This document shows positions 22,333 to 32,986 of a stretch of 52,173 bases of DNA, in pieces (position 1 is the first letter of the stretch; each line of letters opens with the position of its first letter). This DNA comes from Acidobacteriota bacterium (GTDB taxonomy: Bacteria > Acidobacteriota > Blastocatellia > Pyrinomonadales > Pyrinomonadaceae), in contig QHXS01000043.1 of NCBI GenBank assembly GCA_003223975.1, positions 1 to 52,173 on the forward strand, read 5' to 3'. A program made the position numbers and the translations under genes. The notes below the pieces were generated by a model. It saw only the letters and a list, made by a program, of their open reading frames with translations. It was not told the origin of the DNA and made no database searches.

Positions 22333-23688
22333 ATGAGCGCCACCGAGCCACTGATCAACGCAGGTCCTGGTGGGGTGATGGAGGCGGGGATAGCTCCTGC
22401 CCGCCATCCAGAAAGCGTGCCATTTTGGTTCGATGGGGAGAATGTGGCGTTCCGCAACCTGGGGGTGGAGAAAGCTATTGGGGCTGACCATATACTAACT
22501 ATCGGCAAGAAGGTAATCCGCATCGCCCAGGCATTCGTTCCAGGTAGTGGGATGAGAGCGTACTACCAGTGCGATGACTTCTCGATATTTGGTTGGGATG
22601 GGAGTGGGTTTCCGTATTTCATCGGGCAAACTGTGAAGCCCGCCGACCTCATCCCTTATGGCTCCTGGCTCTTCATTGCTGCTAATGGCCTCTGGTGCTG
22701 GCGCAATGAAGGCGCGATGGAGCAAATACTGAGTGCTAGTGATGTCGACTTCGGGCTGCGATTTAAAGGTCATCTGCTGTTCTCTGGCAATGGGACTACA
22801 CTAAGATGGCCGCATCTACGCGATCCAACGAACTTCACTTCAAGCAGGGGCTCCACTGCAGGTAGGCTGCAACTAAGAAACATGGGCTCTAATGCGCTAT
22901 GCCTCCGCCCTTGTGGCGACGGGGTTGCGCTGTACTCCACCGATGCTATGCGTATGGTGAAGTATGCGGGGGCGGGAGTTTGGTTTGGGGAGAGTGGGGA
23001 ACCAGTTAATGGGATTGGGGCGATAAGCTCGCGCTCCGTTGTGGAGGCTGGGTTCAAGAACTATGGACTAAACAGGAATGGGTTCTTCATCACTGATGGT
23101 ATCTCCTTCCAATACATTGACACTCCCGCCTTCCACGGCTATCTAGAATCCCGCCTGGACTGGGCTAGGCAAAGCGAGGTGTTCGGCTGGCATAATGAGA
23201 AGTTTCAAGAGATTATGTGGGTCTACCCAGGCGTGGACGGGTTCCAGCATGGAGTGGCCTTCAAATACACTAATGGGAGCTTCACCCGCTATCGCCTGCC
23301 AATCTACGCTGCGGAGCCTCGGGATGTATTTGCCTTCCCGCTGATAGGAACTGTGGGTGGTTTGGCGTATGCTAGAGGGACTGCGAATGCCCGCTGCTTT
23401 GTCCGCACCAAGCCACTGGATGCTGGGAATGCCCTGCGCTACAAGTATTTTGATAATTTCCGCCTCGTTGGTAAGTTCCTCAACGGTGAGACTACTATGA
23501 GGCTAGGGCTGCATAATACGCTGAATGGAGCCCCAACTTGGGTCTACGAGGGTCCGGCGCAAGCCAGCACCTTCCTGATGCGCGAAGCGGTGTTTCTTAC
23601 TATTGAGTTCGCAACTGAGGAGGAGCCGAACTTTGAGATCTCGCAAATCCTAGTGACTGGCAACATCGCTGGGGATATCTTCCAATGA
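22333..23688 (+). CDS. Virion structural protein (tail/nozzle candidate, 451 aa)
   Basis: The call rests on synteny only. Confidence 0.5.
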   Translation: MSATEPLINAGPGGVMEAGIAPARHPESVPFWFDGENVAFRNLGVEKAIGADHILTIGKKVIRIAQAFVPGSGMRAYYQCDDFSIFGWDGSGFPYFIGQTVKPADLIPYGSWLFIAANGLWCWRNEGAMEQILSASDVDFGLRFKGHLLFSGNGTTLRWPHLRDPTNFTSSRGSTAGRLQLRNMGSNALCLRPCGDGVALYSTDAMRMVKYAGAGVWFGESGEPVNGIGAISSRSVVEAGFKNYGLNRNGFFITDGISFQYIDTPAFHGYLESRLDWARQSEVFGWHNEKFQEIMWVYPGVDGFQHGVAFKYTNGSFTRYRLPIYAAEPRDVFAFPLIGTVGGLAYARGTANARCFVRTKPLDAGNALRYKYFDNFRLVGKFLNGETTMRLGLHNTLNGAPTWVYEGPAQASTFLMREAVFLTIEFATEEEPNFEISQILVTGNIAGDIFQ

Positions 23689-23936
23689 TAGGAGATGTTA
23701 ATGCGGTTGGGGGAATTGGAACTGTTCTCTGCCAACTAAAGTCCATGCCAATCCCTGACGGCTGGCTCTCCTGTGATGGAAAGTGCTATGATGGGATGAT
23801 GTTTCCAACCCTCTTCGAACTGCTGAAGCATAATAGAATGCAGGGCGATCCACAAGGCTATTTCAGGGTTCCAAATGAAAAGCCCTTCTTGCCAGCTGGG
23901 GTGCTAATCACGCTGATAATTCGAGCCACAGCATGA
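23685..23936 (+). CDS. Tail-collar-domain-like small protein (83 aa)
   Basis: ...MPIPDGWLSCDGKCYDGMMFPTLFELL...FRVPN fits the P-x-GW-x-CDG...YP-x-LF...F-x-(L/V)P collar pattern. Confidence 0.5.
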   Translation: MIGDVNAVGGIGTVLCQLKSMPIPDGWLSCDGKCYDGMMFPTLFELLKHNRMQGDPQGYFRVPNEKPFLPAGVLITLIIRATA

Positions 23937-24364
23937 TTGAAATAACCAGGGTGCTGCCGCTAGAGTTGGATGAAGCTGATAAACTAGACCTAATCAAGTT
24001 CTCCCATTGGGACTATAATAAGCGCAGTGCGGCTGAGATTGTAGAGAGTGCGCTGAAGGAGCTATTCCAGATTTGGCGGGTCACAGAGGGGGATGAGAGG
24101 GGATTGCTGATCACTAAAGTCATTGCTACAGCTAGGGGTGGCCGCACCCTCTATGTTGAGGGAATGGCTGGTACAGGCTTTGTAAAGAAGCCGAAGGAGA
24201 TGGTAGAGCTGCTGTTCAATCTGGCCCGCCAAGGGGGCTGCAATTCCGTGACAGGATGGGTGCAACGGCCTGGAATGATAAAGTGGCTAGAAGAAGCGGA
24301 GCTTCCGCTGGTTGCTAGTGTCTTCATGAAGGAGGTGCCTGATGTATCGCAACCAGAGGCTTGA
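23933..24364 (+). CDS. Hypothetical protein (143 aa), possibly an acetyltransferase-like fold
   Basis: ORF-track ORF with an ATGA overlap to the upstream gene. The resemblance is weak. Confidence 0.45.
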   Translation: MIEITRVLPLELDEADKLDLIKFSHWDYNKRSAAEIVESALKELFQIWRVTEGDERGLLITKVIATARGGRTLYVEGMAGTGFVKKPKEMVELLFNLARQGGCNSVTGWVQRPGMIKWLEEAELPLVASVFMKEVPDVSQPEA

Positions 24365-25265
24365 GGAATGCATCTCCGAGCTGCAATATGCCCTATGGTT
24401 TGGCGGTAGCTCCTCCGGCGATGCTGATGTTACTTCCAGGGTTGAGCCGTGGGAGGCAGCGAAGGATCACTTCGAGCGGCTGTATAATTTCGCCAACACT
24501 GCTTACGATGATACGGATAAGAATCCCTACCCAGGGGAGTTCCACGCAGGGGAGAATGAATTCGACCTCCTAGCGCGAGACCAGATTGTATATGCTGCGG
24601 AGCAGATGAATGATGATGCACTTAGAACTAGAACATTGGGTAGAAAGACGCTAGCTGGAGAGTTTCTCGAACCAAGTACTAATCCAATCCTGCAGGCTTC
24701 AATTAATGCTGCGGTGGAGAGGGCGGAGAGTGCGCTGCTCGAGGATGTGATACCACAGGTGCTGGATATTGCGGTGAAGAGTGGAGCGTACTCTGGCACC
24801 GCTACGGATATCATTATAGATCGAGCCCTGGAAGGGTTCTCTCGGGAAACCCTGCGGGCTACTACTGGGATCTACTATGAAAATTATACTAGAGAGCGCG
24901 GGATGCAGCCTCAAGGGGTGGAGCTGCTAAAGGTGGCTGAGGTGATGGAGTTTGAGCGAGCCAAGCTCCATATGTCCAATGCTGATATATTACGCCAGCT
25001 GGAGCAGATTGAGCTAGATAATGCTCTCCAGCACTTCGAAGATGAACTAAAGAGCCATTGGAGAGGGCAGCAGGAATATATGTCGATTATGACAGGAGGG
25101 GGATTCCATGCGGATACTTCTAGTGATCCATCTAAGAAGAAGAATATTGTTGGGAGTGCGCTACAAGGCGCTGTAGGCGGCGCCAGTCTGGGAGCCACTG
25201 TGGGTGGTGGGCCAGGAGCGATTGTTGGCGGTATACTGGGTGGTGTAGCGGGCCTCTTGGGCTAG
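24342..25265 (+). CDS. Internal virion protein candidate with a C-terminal glycine-zipper TM (307 aa)
   Basis: It ends GSALQGAVGGASLGATVGGGPGAIVGGILGGVAGLLG. Confidence 0.5.
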   Translation: MYRNQRLEECISELQYALWFGGSSSGDADVTSRVEPWEAAKDHFERLYNFANTAYDDTDKNPYPGEFHAGENEFDLLARDQIVYAAEQMNDDALRTRTLGRKTLAGEFLEPSTNPILQASINAAVERAESALLEDVIPQVLDIAVKSGAYSGTATDIIIDRALEGFSRETLRATTGIYYENYTRERGMQPQGVELLKVAEVMEFERAKLHMSNADILRQLEQIELDNALQHFEDELKSHWRGQQEYMSIMTGGGFHADTSSDPSKKKNIVGSALQGAVGGASLGATVGGGPGAIVGGILGGVAGLLG

Positions 25266-25281
25266 AAGGGGGTGCAAGCAG

Positions 25282-27813
25282 ATGGCGACATCTAGACTAG
25301 AGAGGGAACTAGGCCGGCGCAAGAAGAGGCGCCAAATGGAGCCGCCTGCTCCTGGTATCCCACCAGTTCCATATTTGCAAACGCTGCAAGAGTTGCGTCG
25401 GGGGCTGCCACAGGCGGCTGCTCCTGGGATGCTGCCAAATAGACCTCCAGTGCAGCAAGCTGTTGAGCCAGCTGCGCCGGGAGTGCCAAGCCCGCCAATT
25501 AATATCCCCTTCCCAAATCGCGCAGCGCCAGCTCCACCAGCTCCTCCGCCAATGCAAGCTGCTGAGCCGTCTGCTCCAGGAGTGCCAGCTAGGCCAAGGA
25601 ATGTCCCACCTAGCTCCTATGGGCTGACTAATTTCCAAGCTGCTGGGCCTGATATCCCTGCGGTGTTTGAGAATACTAGGGCCCAGAGCCAGTCTGCTGC
25701 TCTCAATCCTACGTTCCAACCAACTCCGCTGATCGCTCCAAATTCTCCTCATGCTACCGCCTCCCCCTACGGTTCTCCTCCGCCGCAGCTGCCAGCCCAA
25801 AGCTACGCCGATCAGTGGAAAAATTTGATCCCTACAGGCCCGCAATTCTCCTCCTTTGGTGGCCCAGCTGATCCTCGCGGTGGTCCTGTGGATGGTCCTG
25901 TGCCCTCTTGGTTCGGTAATGCTCAGCGCGAGATTGGTAATAAGGTCTTCGAGGGGGTAGGAACAGCCATAGATCGCACAGCGAGGGAAGTGAATGCGAT
26001 AGCTGGAGCGCCATTCAAGCTGGCTCATCAGCTATTCACCCCTGGGGTTCAATTAGCTGAGGAGCAAGCAGTAGCGCAGGCGCAAGAGGTGGCGAGCCAA
26101 CCACCTGCTGCACCACAAAAGGTCTTCCATTTACAGCCTCCTCCACAGCTCACTCCAAGCTCCATTCCAAGTCCCACTCCGACTGTGGCCGCTCCAGGCA
26201 CAATGCCAGCACAGGCTGCTGGCACAACGCCCGCTCCAGTGGCTGGCACCACAGGGGCTGCGTCGACGCTTCCTCCAAGTCAAAATGCAGTGCCAGCTGC
26301 GCCAGGCAATTGGAACGCGCTACCTCCTGCCGCGCTCGAGATGGCTCAGCAATTTCAGGCGATGGGCTACTCTCCACTGGAGATTGCGGGAATACTAGGC
26401 CAATCCAGTGGTGAGACCGGCTTCCAGCCCGGAGCGGTGGGGGATAGTGGGACTAGTCACGGTCTCTTCCAACATCACGGACCGAGAGCACTAGCGCGTC
26501 AACAGTGGGCGACAGCCAACGGACTAGATCCGAATGACCCGACTACAGAGGCTCTATTTCTGGACTATGAATTTAATACTAGTGAGAATTATGCCCGACA
26601 GCAATTACACGCCGCGCAAGACCCATATGGGGCTGCTGCAGCAGGGCTGCATTTTGAGCGCCCGCAGGGCTATTCCAGAGCCCCAGGTCAGTTCAATCCG
26701 ACTGCAGTCTCTGGATGGAACAACAGATTAAACAGCACGCAGCAAATCTATAATCTGCTCAACCAAGGTCCGCTGCCACCCGCTCCGGAGAGCTTCCAGC
26801 AAGCTGCGCCGCCAGCGCAACCTAATCCTGTGGATCGGCCTCTTCCAGTTGGGCCAGATTATGCTGCCACCAATGACTGGCTGAATAGAGCCGCACCACA
26901 ACCTGTAGATCCCGCTGCCCAGCGTCAGATGATGTTTAATCAAATACTGAGTGGGATTGCTAGCGCGAATGCTGGTGTGGATACTAGAGGTCCAGGTGGA
27001 ACTGGAAGGCTGATAGCTGCTCTCGGCGCTGGTGCGGCGGGTGGGAAAGCTAGTGGGGAGGAGAGGGCGAGAGCGGAGAATGAGACCTTCAAGGAGAAGC
27101 AGCAGGCTTATGCTGGTGATAGGGCAGGCTACGCCCAAAGCCAGGCGAATGTCACCGCTGATGTAAAGAATAAAGTATCTGAGACTCAGTGGGCCAATAT
27201 GACTGATGATCAGCGGACAGACTTCATAAATAGAACTAGTGAGTTTAGCGTTGGTCAGGAGAATAAGCTGGGCCAGTTCAACGCGCGCCAGGCTAATAGA
27301 GAGAATCTCTACAAATACCAGCTTGGCGCAAAGGCTGGAGCCCAAGGGGAATTGAAGTTCATGGGGAACTATGTAGCGCAAGTTAATCCCGATGGAAGCC
27401 TGGGCAAGATTGTTGATCTGCGAGATAATACTACCGATGCGCTAAAATACCGGGCTGAGATCGCCCAGGGTAAGCATGGAGAGCCAGCTAGATTGAATCA
27501 GCGATACCAAGAGTTTATTGATTCGCAGGACGAGACTGGGTTGAAAAAGGCGATACTAGAGGACGTGGTTGCGAGTGGTGCGGGAGCTACGGTGTTTCAA
27601 GAGAACTATCAGAATGCTGTAGACGAGGCTAATAAGATAATGGCCAGGGGGCAAATGGGTGGAAGTGGAGATGTGCAAGCTTCAAAGCGAATAAGAGATG
27701 ATATTGTTTCTAATCTGCTCTGGCAATCCTACTATAACCAGGGTGAAGATTGGCTCCAAGCTGCTGCGGGTGCGCAGAACCCAGGGGCGATAGCACTGAC
27801 AAGGGGACAATAA
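25282..27813 (+). CDS. Internal virion protein with a tail-lysozyme-like muralytic domain (843 aa)
   Basis: The N-terminus is Pro-rich. The central stretch LEIAGILGQSSGETGFQPGAVGDSGTSHGLFQHHGPRALARQQW...EALFLDYEF (about 26330-26700) matches the phage tail lysozyme pattern (ES...G.FQ...R). Confidence 0.7.
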   Translation: MATSRLERELGRRKKRRQMEPPAPGIPPVPYLQTLQELRRGLPQAAAPGMLPNRPPVQQAVEPAAPGVPSPPINIPFPNRAAPAPPAPPPMQAAEPSAPGVPARPRNVPPSSYGLTNFQAAGPDIPAVFENTRAQSQSAALNPTFQPTPLIAPNSPHATASPYGSPPPQLPAQSYADQWKNLIPTGPQFSSFGGPADPRGGPVDGPVPSWFGNAQREIGNKVFEGVGTAIDRTAREVNAIAGAPFKLAHQLFTPGVQLAEEQAVAQAQEVASQPPAAPQKVFHLQPPPQLTPSSIPSPTPTVAAPGTMPAQAAGTTPAPVAGTTGAASTLPPSQNAVPAAPGNWNALPPAALEMAQQFQAMGYSPLEIAGILGQSSGETGFQPGAVGDSGTSHGLFQHHGPRALARQQWATANGLDPNDPTTEALFLDYEFNTSENYARQQLHAAQDPYGAAAAGLHFERPQGYSRAPGQFNPTAVSGWNNRLNSTQQIYNLLNQGPLPPAPESFQQAAPPAQPNPVDRPLPVGPDYAATNDWLNRAAPQPVDPAAQRQMMFNQILSGIASANAGVDTRGPGGTGRLIAALGAGAAGGKASGEERARAENETFKEKQQAYAGDRAGYAQSQANVTADVKNKVSETQWANMTDDQRTDFINRTSEFSVGQENKLGQFNARQANRENLYKYQLGAKAGAQGELKFMGNYVAQVNPDGSLGKIVDLRDNTTDALKYRAEIAQGKHGEPARLNQRYQEFIDSQDETGLKKAILEDVVASGAGATVFQENYQNAVDEANKIMARGQMGGSGDVQASKRIRDDIVSNLLWQSYYNQGEDWLQAAAGAQNPGAIALTRGQ

Positions 27814-27816
27814 GCA

Positions 27817-30800
27817 GTGGCAATGAGGCCGCTAGTTCCGTTAACTCCCTATGGTGGTGGTGGAGCGCCTGGCGCTACGCCGCAAATACTACCTCCCGGC
27901 GTAGCTGCGCCAAGTGAGTGGCAGGATCCTACACTTAAGTATCTCCAAGGGCTAGCTGCAAGTGCCCTCTCTGGCGCTACTGAGCTGGTCGGCTACACAG
28001 TTCCTGGCGCCACAGAGTTTCGGCAAGAGAACCCTGTGGTCGGAACGATTAGCCAATTTGCCTCCTCTGCGGTGCCCTATGTTGCCTGGATGGGGGGAGT
28101 GAGGAAATTCAAGACCGCTATGAATGTAGTGGATAAGATTGTAGGGCTAGAGAAGGCGCCCTTTGCCGCTGGGGCGATTAAAGAAGCTGCGATACTGGCG
28201 CCCTTCGAGGTTGGTAGAGTTGCAGCGAGCCAAATTATTCCTGGCACCGATCAAAGTTTCGGCGATATGGTTAGCTCTGCTGCACTAGACCTCACGCTGA
28301 GCGCGGGAATAGGTGGGCTGGCGAAGACGATCGCAGCGGGAGGGACTAGAGCGAGGCGAATCGCAATACCTGATCTAGATTTAGCTGCGCCGCCGCCTCT
28401 ACAGTTGAGAAAGCTAAAAGAACTGCTGGCGGGAAAGACACTAACTATCGAACAACAGGGTGCGGCGAATAATCGCCTTAAGGATCTCAGTGAGCGGGCG
28501 AGAGTGGAAGAGGCTCCGAAGCAGAATGACTATATCGGGAAGGTGAATAATAATGAAGCTCTGACAAGATATCTAAACAGCCTCTTCAATATGAAGGGGA
28601 ATTCTGGACTACTAACGAAGCGCTTCTTTGCAGTGGGCGCGAAGCGCGGCTTCTCTTCTGAAAGTGAGTGGCGTCAAGCTGCAAAGTGGAACTCCCTGCC
28701 TGAGAACTTCGACGAAACAGGACGGTATTTCCGAGAACTGACCTTCCAACCCACAGGGGGTGAAGAAGCAGCAGCGGTTATGAAGGATCTGAGTGATAGG
28801 TTCCTGGCTAAGAAAATCACTATGGAGGAGTTGGTTGCGGAAACTGCTAAGCTGACAGATGATGCAAATGTCGCGAAGCGGGCTGCTAATGTAGATAAAG
28901 AGCTGAGAGCTGGGATGCAATCTATGGGCTTCTCCTGGCTGATGGGGAAAGAAGAGAATGGAATGTTTGTGCTGGCGAAGAAGACTAAAGGGAAGTTTGG
29001 TGAAGGTAAGGTTAATGACAGGTGGGTGCTCTTCAAGACTGATATGCCAGGCCTGTATCTACCAAAGCACAAGGCCTGGCAAGAACTGGTGAATGGAAAG
29101 CTCTCCTGGGATGTCACTGCCGCTCCGCTGGAGATTGGTGGAATCTACGGCCTGATGCGGAAGTTCCATGAGATGTTTCCAAAGGAGTTCTTTGAGACAG
29201 TTGCTACTCCTCATGCACTTGCAGCACTGGTGCCAAAGGGGCTGACGAAGAGTTCTTCTGAGCTAGTGCAAGCGGTAAAGGATGGGAGTAGAGAGTATCT
29301 CGCGCCAGCTAGCGGGCAATTCAAAAAGCAAGGCCTCGCCCAGCAAGTCTATATGACCGCGAAGCTCGGTCACAATGAGGCTGATACTCTCGCCCATCAA
29401 GTAGTCTATGGGCAGCTACTCCCTGGCAAGCACAATCTCTTCAGAGAGGCGCTATCCCAAGGAGTAATCAATCCAGAGGTAGATTCCATTAGCTCCATCA
29501 CCGGGCCACTGAGTGATAGCCATCTGGAGCAGGTGGTGAAGCTATCCAATGATCTGGTTGATCCGGCGAACTATGATGCGCTGGTGGCGGAAGGGGTGCT
29601 GAGTGCTGAAGCCCGCCAAGCGGCAGACCGCCTCGAGGCACTCGCGAATGTGGTAGAACTAGATCACCAGGCAATCACCGAGGGACTGGGGCTGCCATAT
29701 TCTCCACGCCCGGTAGGCAATCTGGGGCTAACAAGGCGCTGGGAGGGGGATCCGAGAATCCTGCTGGCTGATGAAACGGGGGCTCCGAAGATCGTAGTAT
29801 CTGCGAAGAATAAGCGGGCTGCGCAGGAGAAAGCGAAGAGGCTGATAGAGAGCGATCCTACTCTGCATATCGCCGAAGAGGTTGATATATCTAAGACTAA
29901 GGGAGCGAGAGGGAAAGATATCCAGATTAGTCCAGCTATAAAGTCCACTATGGAGAAGGGAGGCGGGCTAGAGGGGCTGAGAGGATTTAAGTGGGACCAT
30001 GACCCTGTGGTAAGGAAGGAGCTGCTGCAGCACTGGCAAGAAGCCTATGCCGCGAAGTTTAAGTGGCAGGCGGAGAGGGGAGTGGATGATCTGCTGGCGC
30101 AGCCGAGAGCGATATTAAATGAGATTGATCCGACTACTACACGCATTCTCAATGATAGACTACGAGATCTCCGAGGTGAGCCGGGGAAACTCTCGCAAGC
30201 GCAGAACGAAGCTGTGGATCGCGTTCTCGCTCCGATGATTGGGCCAAATAGCGCCTCTAAGATAGTAAGTGTGACAAATACTGGGCTAAGCCTGTGGCAC
30301 CTGGGTATGGGCAACGTAGCCCATCCGATCATGAATGCTATTACATTCATCCAGACCGTGGTGCCCGAGGTTGCTATGATCCTCGGCGCTACAATGAAGG
30401 ACTTAACTCATTACAGCCATGCTCTTGCGGGTGGAACAAGAGGACCAGTTGGAGCGTTAGCTTTCCTCTCTCCAATGAAGATATTGGTAAACTCCTTCCG
30501 GATGATGGGAAATCCAGATGAGATGCTTCAGCGTTTGATAGCTAGATCTGGCGCGGCGGGTGTCACCCAGCCCAGGGTGGCAGAGGAGTTCATCGGTCTC
30601 AATGCTACGAAGGTCAAGGATCTGAGGGCTGCTATCTCCAGTCCTGGCGGGTTTGCTACCTGGGTGAAGGAGCTAGGAACTTGGTTGCCAGCTAATTCCG
30701 AACGCATGAGTAGAGTGCACGCCTTTACAGTTGGATATTTAACAGGAAAGGATGTGATGGGGATAGTTGATGAAGAGCGGTTATACCAATGGGCGAAGGA

Positions 30801-31761
30801 GTTTACCGAGAAGACAATGTATAACTATACTACAGCGGATCGGCCAAGAATTTTCACTGGTCCCTTTGGCTCTTCCATGGGACTATTTAAGACCTGGATG
30901 GCGAACTACATGGCCGCTATGCTAGAATACTCCGGTCAGGCACTAAAAGGTAATGTCGCGCCGCTGTTCTGGCAAACTGCGGGGACCGCAGCTGTTGGCG
31001 GGGTGGCGGCCACCCCGCTGTATTGGATCGCAGATGGGTTTTCTAAAGCCTTTACAGATAAAGATATTCTCCAGCAAACTTATGATAATCTAAGTGAGGG
31101 TCCTGCCGACGCCCTGATGTTTGGAATGCCAGCGGCACTTACTGGCATCTCGCTATATTCCCAAGCAAGCAGTCCCTTCGCCAATCCACAGAGAGATGCT
31201 TCTATGCTGTGGTCCAACGTGCTATGGTCCCGTATGCAGGCGATGGGTAGAGTTGCGGGGAATGCATATGACCACTGGCATGCCACTGGCGAGCATCCAG
31301 GTTCCACACCAGCTGTGTGGAATGCACTAGTGCAAGCCTTCGCACCAGCTACTATTGCGAGAGCTACTGCGGCGGCCTCTGGAGAGGATGTGATTAATTC
31401 TCTCTCCTCTGGATATCCGTTAATCAGCAATGTGTCAATCACCGATCGTGTTCTGTATGGGCTGAAGTTCAATCCGCTGGAGCTAGACAAGGCAATGGCT
31501 ATTGCAGACACATTATTCAGGAAGAGAGATAAAGCTAATGCACTGGTAAGTGAGCTAGGAAAGGCGTTCGCTGAGGCGATGGAGCGAGGGGATGGGGACG
31601 CCATGAGTGAGATTTATATGCAAGCTACTGCATGGGGGCTAGACCCTGGTAGGGTGCTGCATTCCGCGCAGACGCGAGGACAACTGGCTGCCGAGCCGCT
31701 TCTCGAGCGGACCTTCTCACCCGAGCTGATCGCGCCAGCGATGAATGTGTTGGGGCAATAG
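27817..31761 (+). CDS. Giant internal virion / DNA-ejection protein candidate (1,314 aa)
   Basis: The call rests on size and position after the lysozyme-domain protein, as in the podovirus ejectosome gene order. The start is GTG at 27817 or ATG at 27823. Confidence 0.6.
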   Translation: MAMRPLVPLTPYGGGGAPGATPQILPPGVAAPSEWQDPTLKYLQGLAASALSGATELVGYTVPGATEFRQENPVVGTISQFASSAVPYVAWMGGVRKFKTAMNVVDKIVGLEKAPFAAGAIKEAAILAPFEVGRVAASQIIPGTDQSFGDMVSSAALDLTLSAGIGGLAKTIAAGGTRARRIAIPDLDLAAPPPLQLRKLKELLAGKTLTIEQQGAANNRLKDLSERARVEEAPKQNDYIGKVNNNEALTRYLNSLFNMKGNSGLLTKRFFAVGAKRGFSSESEWRQAAKWNSLPENFDETGRYFRELTFQPTGGEEAAAVMKDLSDRFLAKKITMEELVAETAKLTDDANVAKRAANVDKELRAGMQSMGFSWLMGKEENGMFVLAKKTKGKFGEGKVNDRWVLFKTDMPGLYLPKHKAWQELVNGKLSWDVTAAPLEIGGIYGLMRKFHEMFPKEFFETVATPHALAALVPKGLTKSSSELVQAVKDGSREYLAPASGQFKKQGLAQQVYMTAKLGHNEADTLAHQVVYGQLLPGKHNLFREALSQGVINPEVDSISSITGPLSDSHLEQVVKLSNDLVDPANYDALVAEGVLSAEARQAADRLEALANVVELDHQAITEGLGLPYSPRPVGNLGLTRRWEGDPRILLADETGAPKIVVSAKNKRAAQEKAKRLIESDPTLHIAEEVDISKTKGARGKDIQISPAIKSTMEKGGGLEGLRGFKWDHDPVVRKELLQHWQEAYAAKFKWQAERGVDDLLAQPRAILNEIDPTTTRILNDRLRDLRGEPGKLSQAQNEAVDRVLAPMIGPNSASKIVSVTNTGLSLWHLGMGNVAHPIMNAITFIQTVVPEVAMILGATMKDLTHYSHALAGGTRGPVGALAFLSPMKILVNSFRMMGNPDEMLQRLIARSGAAGVTQPRVAEEFIGLNATKVKDLRAAISSPGGFATWVKELGTWLPANSERMSRVHAFTVGYLTGKDVMGIVDEERLYQWAKEFTEKTMYNYTTADRPRIFTGPFGSSMGLFKTWMANYMAAMLEYSGQALKGNVAPLFWQTAGTAAVGGVAATPLYWIADGFSKAFTDKDILQQTYDNLSEGPADALMFGMPAALTGISLYSQASSPFANPQRDASMLWSNVLWSRMQAMGRVAGNAYDHWHATGEHPGSTPAVWNALVQAFAPATIARATAAASGEDVINSLSSGYPLISNVSITDRVLYGLKFNPLELDKAMAIADTLFRKRDKANALVSELGKAFAEAMERGDGDAMSEIYMQATAWGLDPGRVLHSAQTRGQLAAEPLLERTFSPELIAPAMNVLGQ

Positions 31762-31766
31762 TTATG

Positions 31767-31795
31767 TGGGCTTCTTCGCTTTGTGAAAACGCCCA
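31767..31795. promoter_or_regulatory. 29-bp palindrome family, copy c
   Basis: TGGGCTTCTTCGCTTTGTGAAAACGCCCA. It is 27/29 identical to the reverse complement of 47964-47992. Confidence 0.6.
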
Positions 31796-31810
31796 TCAGG
31801 AGCCAAAAAG

Positions 31811-32983
31811 ATGCTAGCGATAAGGGGTAGATCCTATGGCCGCATGGGGAAGCATAAGAAGCGCCCTGTGAATACTGTGGCTCCGGTGCTCTCTGGAATA
31901 CCTACAGTTGGCCAGACGATAAGCTGCACCACAGGGGTTTGGACTGGGCTAACTCCAATCACATACTACTATCAAGGTGCTCGAGATGGAGTGGGGATTG
32001 CAGGAGCTAATTCAAATAGCTATGTGCTAACCCTCGCTGATGTTGGGAAGATGATGCAGTGGGAAGTCTATGCTGAGAATGCCGATGGACCTACTGCTCA
32101 CAATGCCCTTAGTAATACGCTCGGCCCGGTGACTGCTATTCCGACGCTAAGCGCGGTGAGTGCCATAGATTTCTCCGACATCTTCGTCTGGGCGCGAGCA
32201 ACTACTGACGGCATCACAGGGACGCTTTATGCAGTGGTGGTGCCGAGTGGAGCGCCAGCTCCGAGTGGGGCGCAAATTGCTGCTGGGACGGATGGAGCGG
32301 GGACTGCGGCGACTTCTAGCAATAATGTGGTGATCAGTTCCAGTGGAGTAAAGAATATACTTCTAAGGGGACTGACTGCGGTTACTTCCTACACAATATA
32401 CATGACGCATAAGCTAGGAGCGCCAATCTACAGTGCTGTTGCCAGTGCCAGCTTCACTACTGATACGCTGATGGCTAGCTTTGCTACTAATGGGCTGGCT
32501 ACTGGACTGGGTGTATCTACTGGCTGTGGCCCTTTTGGCACAAATATCGCTGATCCGCACGGTGGTACGAATGCAGTGAGATTTGTTGACAACGCTGCTG
32601 GTGGGACTAATCAGGTGGTGTTTAGCTGTGGTCCATTTTCGTTTTTCAACGGAGTTAATAAGATCCACATAACAGCGAAAACGCAGAGCGGCGCTGCATG
32701 GATTCGCCAGGCTCCCATATCAATAACTGTAGGCAGTGTTTCTGCTTGGTATAATACATCGACGGGTGCGACTGGAACTGTTGGTGGAACATGGTCTCCT
32801 ACTCCAGTTGTCTTTGACGTAAATGGCTGGAAAATGTGGTCAAGTGCGATCAATCTAGCTGGGGCTGATGTGCTTGGGACTTGGAATATCAACAAGGGTA
32901 TGGTTGATAATAATATAGGAAACATCCCCTTGGACGGGACTAATATTCAAGACCTCTACAACATCCGCATCACGAGGGTGTAG
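31811..32983 (+). CDS. Ig-like-domain tail fibre / decoration protein candidate (390 aa)
   Basis: APVLSGIPTVGQTISCTTGVWTGLTPITYYYQ is a typical Ig-like repeat signature. The ATG lies 8 nt after AGGAG. Confidence 0.5.
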   Translation: MLAIRGRSYGRMGKHKKRPVNTVAPVLSGIPTVGQTISCTTGVWTGLTPITYYYQGARDGVGIAGANSNSYVLTLADVGKMMQWEVYAENADGPTAHNALSNTLGPVTAIPTLSAVSAIDFSDIFVWARATTDGITGTLYAVVVPSGAPAPSGAQIAAGTDGAGTAATSSNNVVISSSGVKNILLRGLTAVTSYTIYMTHKLGAPIYSAVASASFTTDTLMASFATNGLATGLGVSTGCGPFGTNIADPHGGTNAVRFVDNAAGGTNQVVFSCGPFSFFNGVNKIHITAKTQSGAAWIRQAPISITVGSVSAWYNTSTGATGTVGGTWSPTPVVFDVNGWKMWSSAINLAGADVLGTWNINKGMVDNNIGNIPLDGTNIQDLYNIRITRV

Positions 32984-32986
32984 CAA

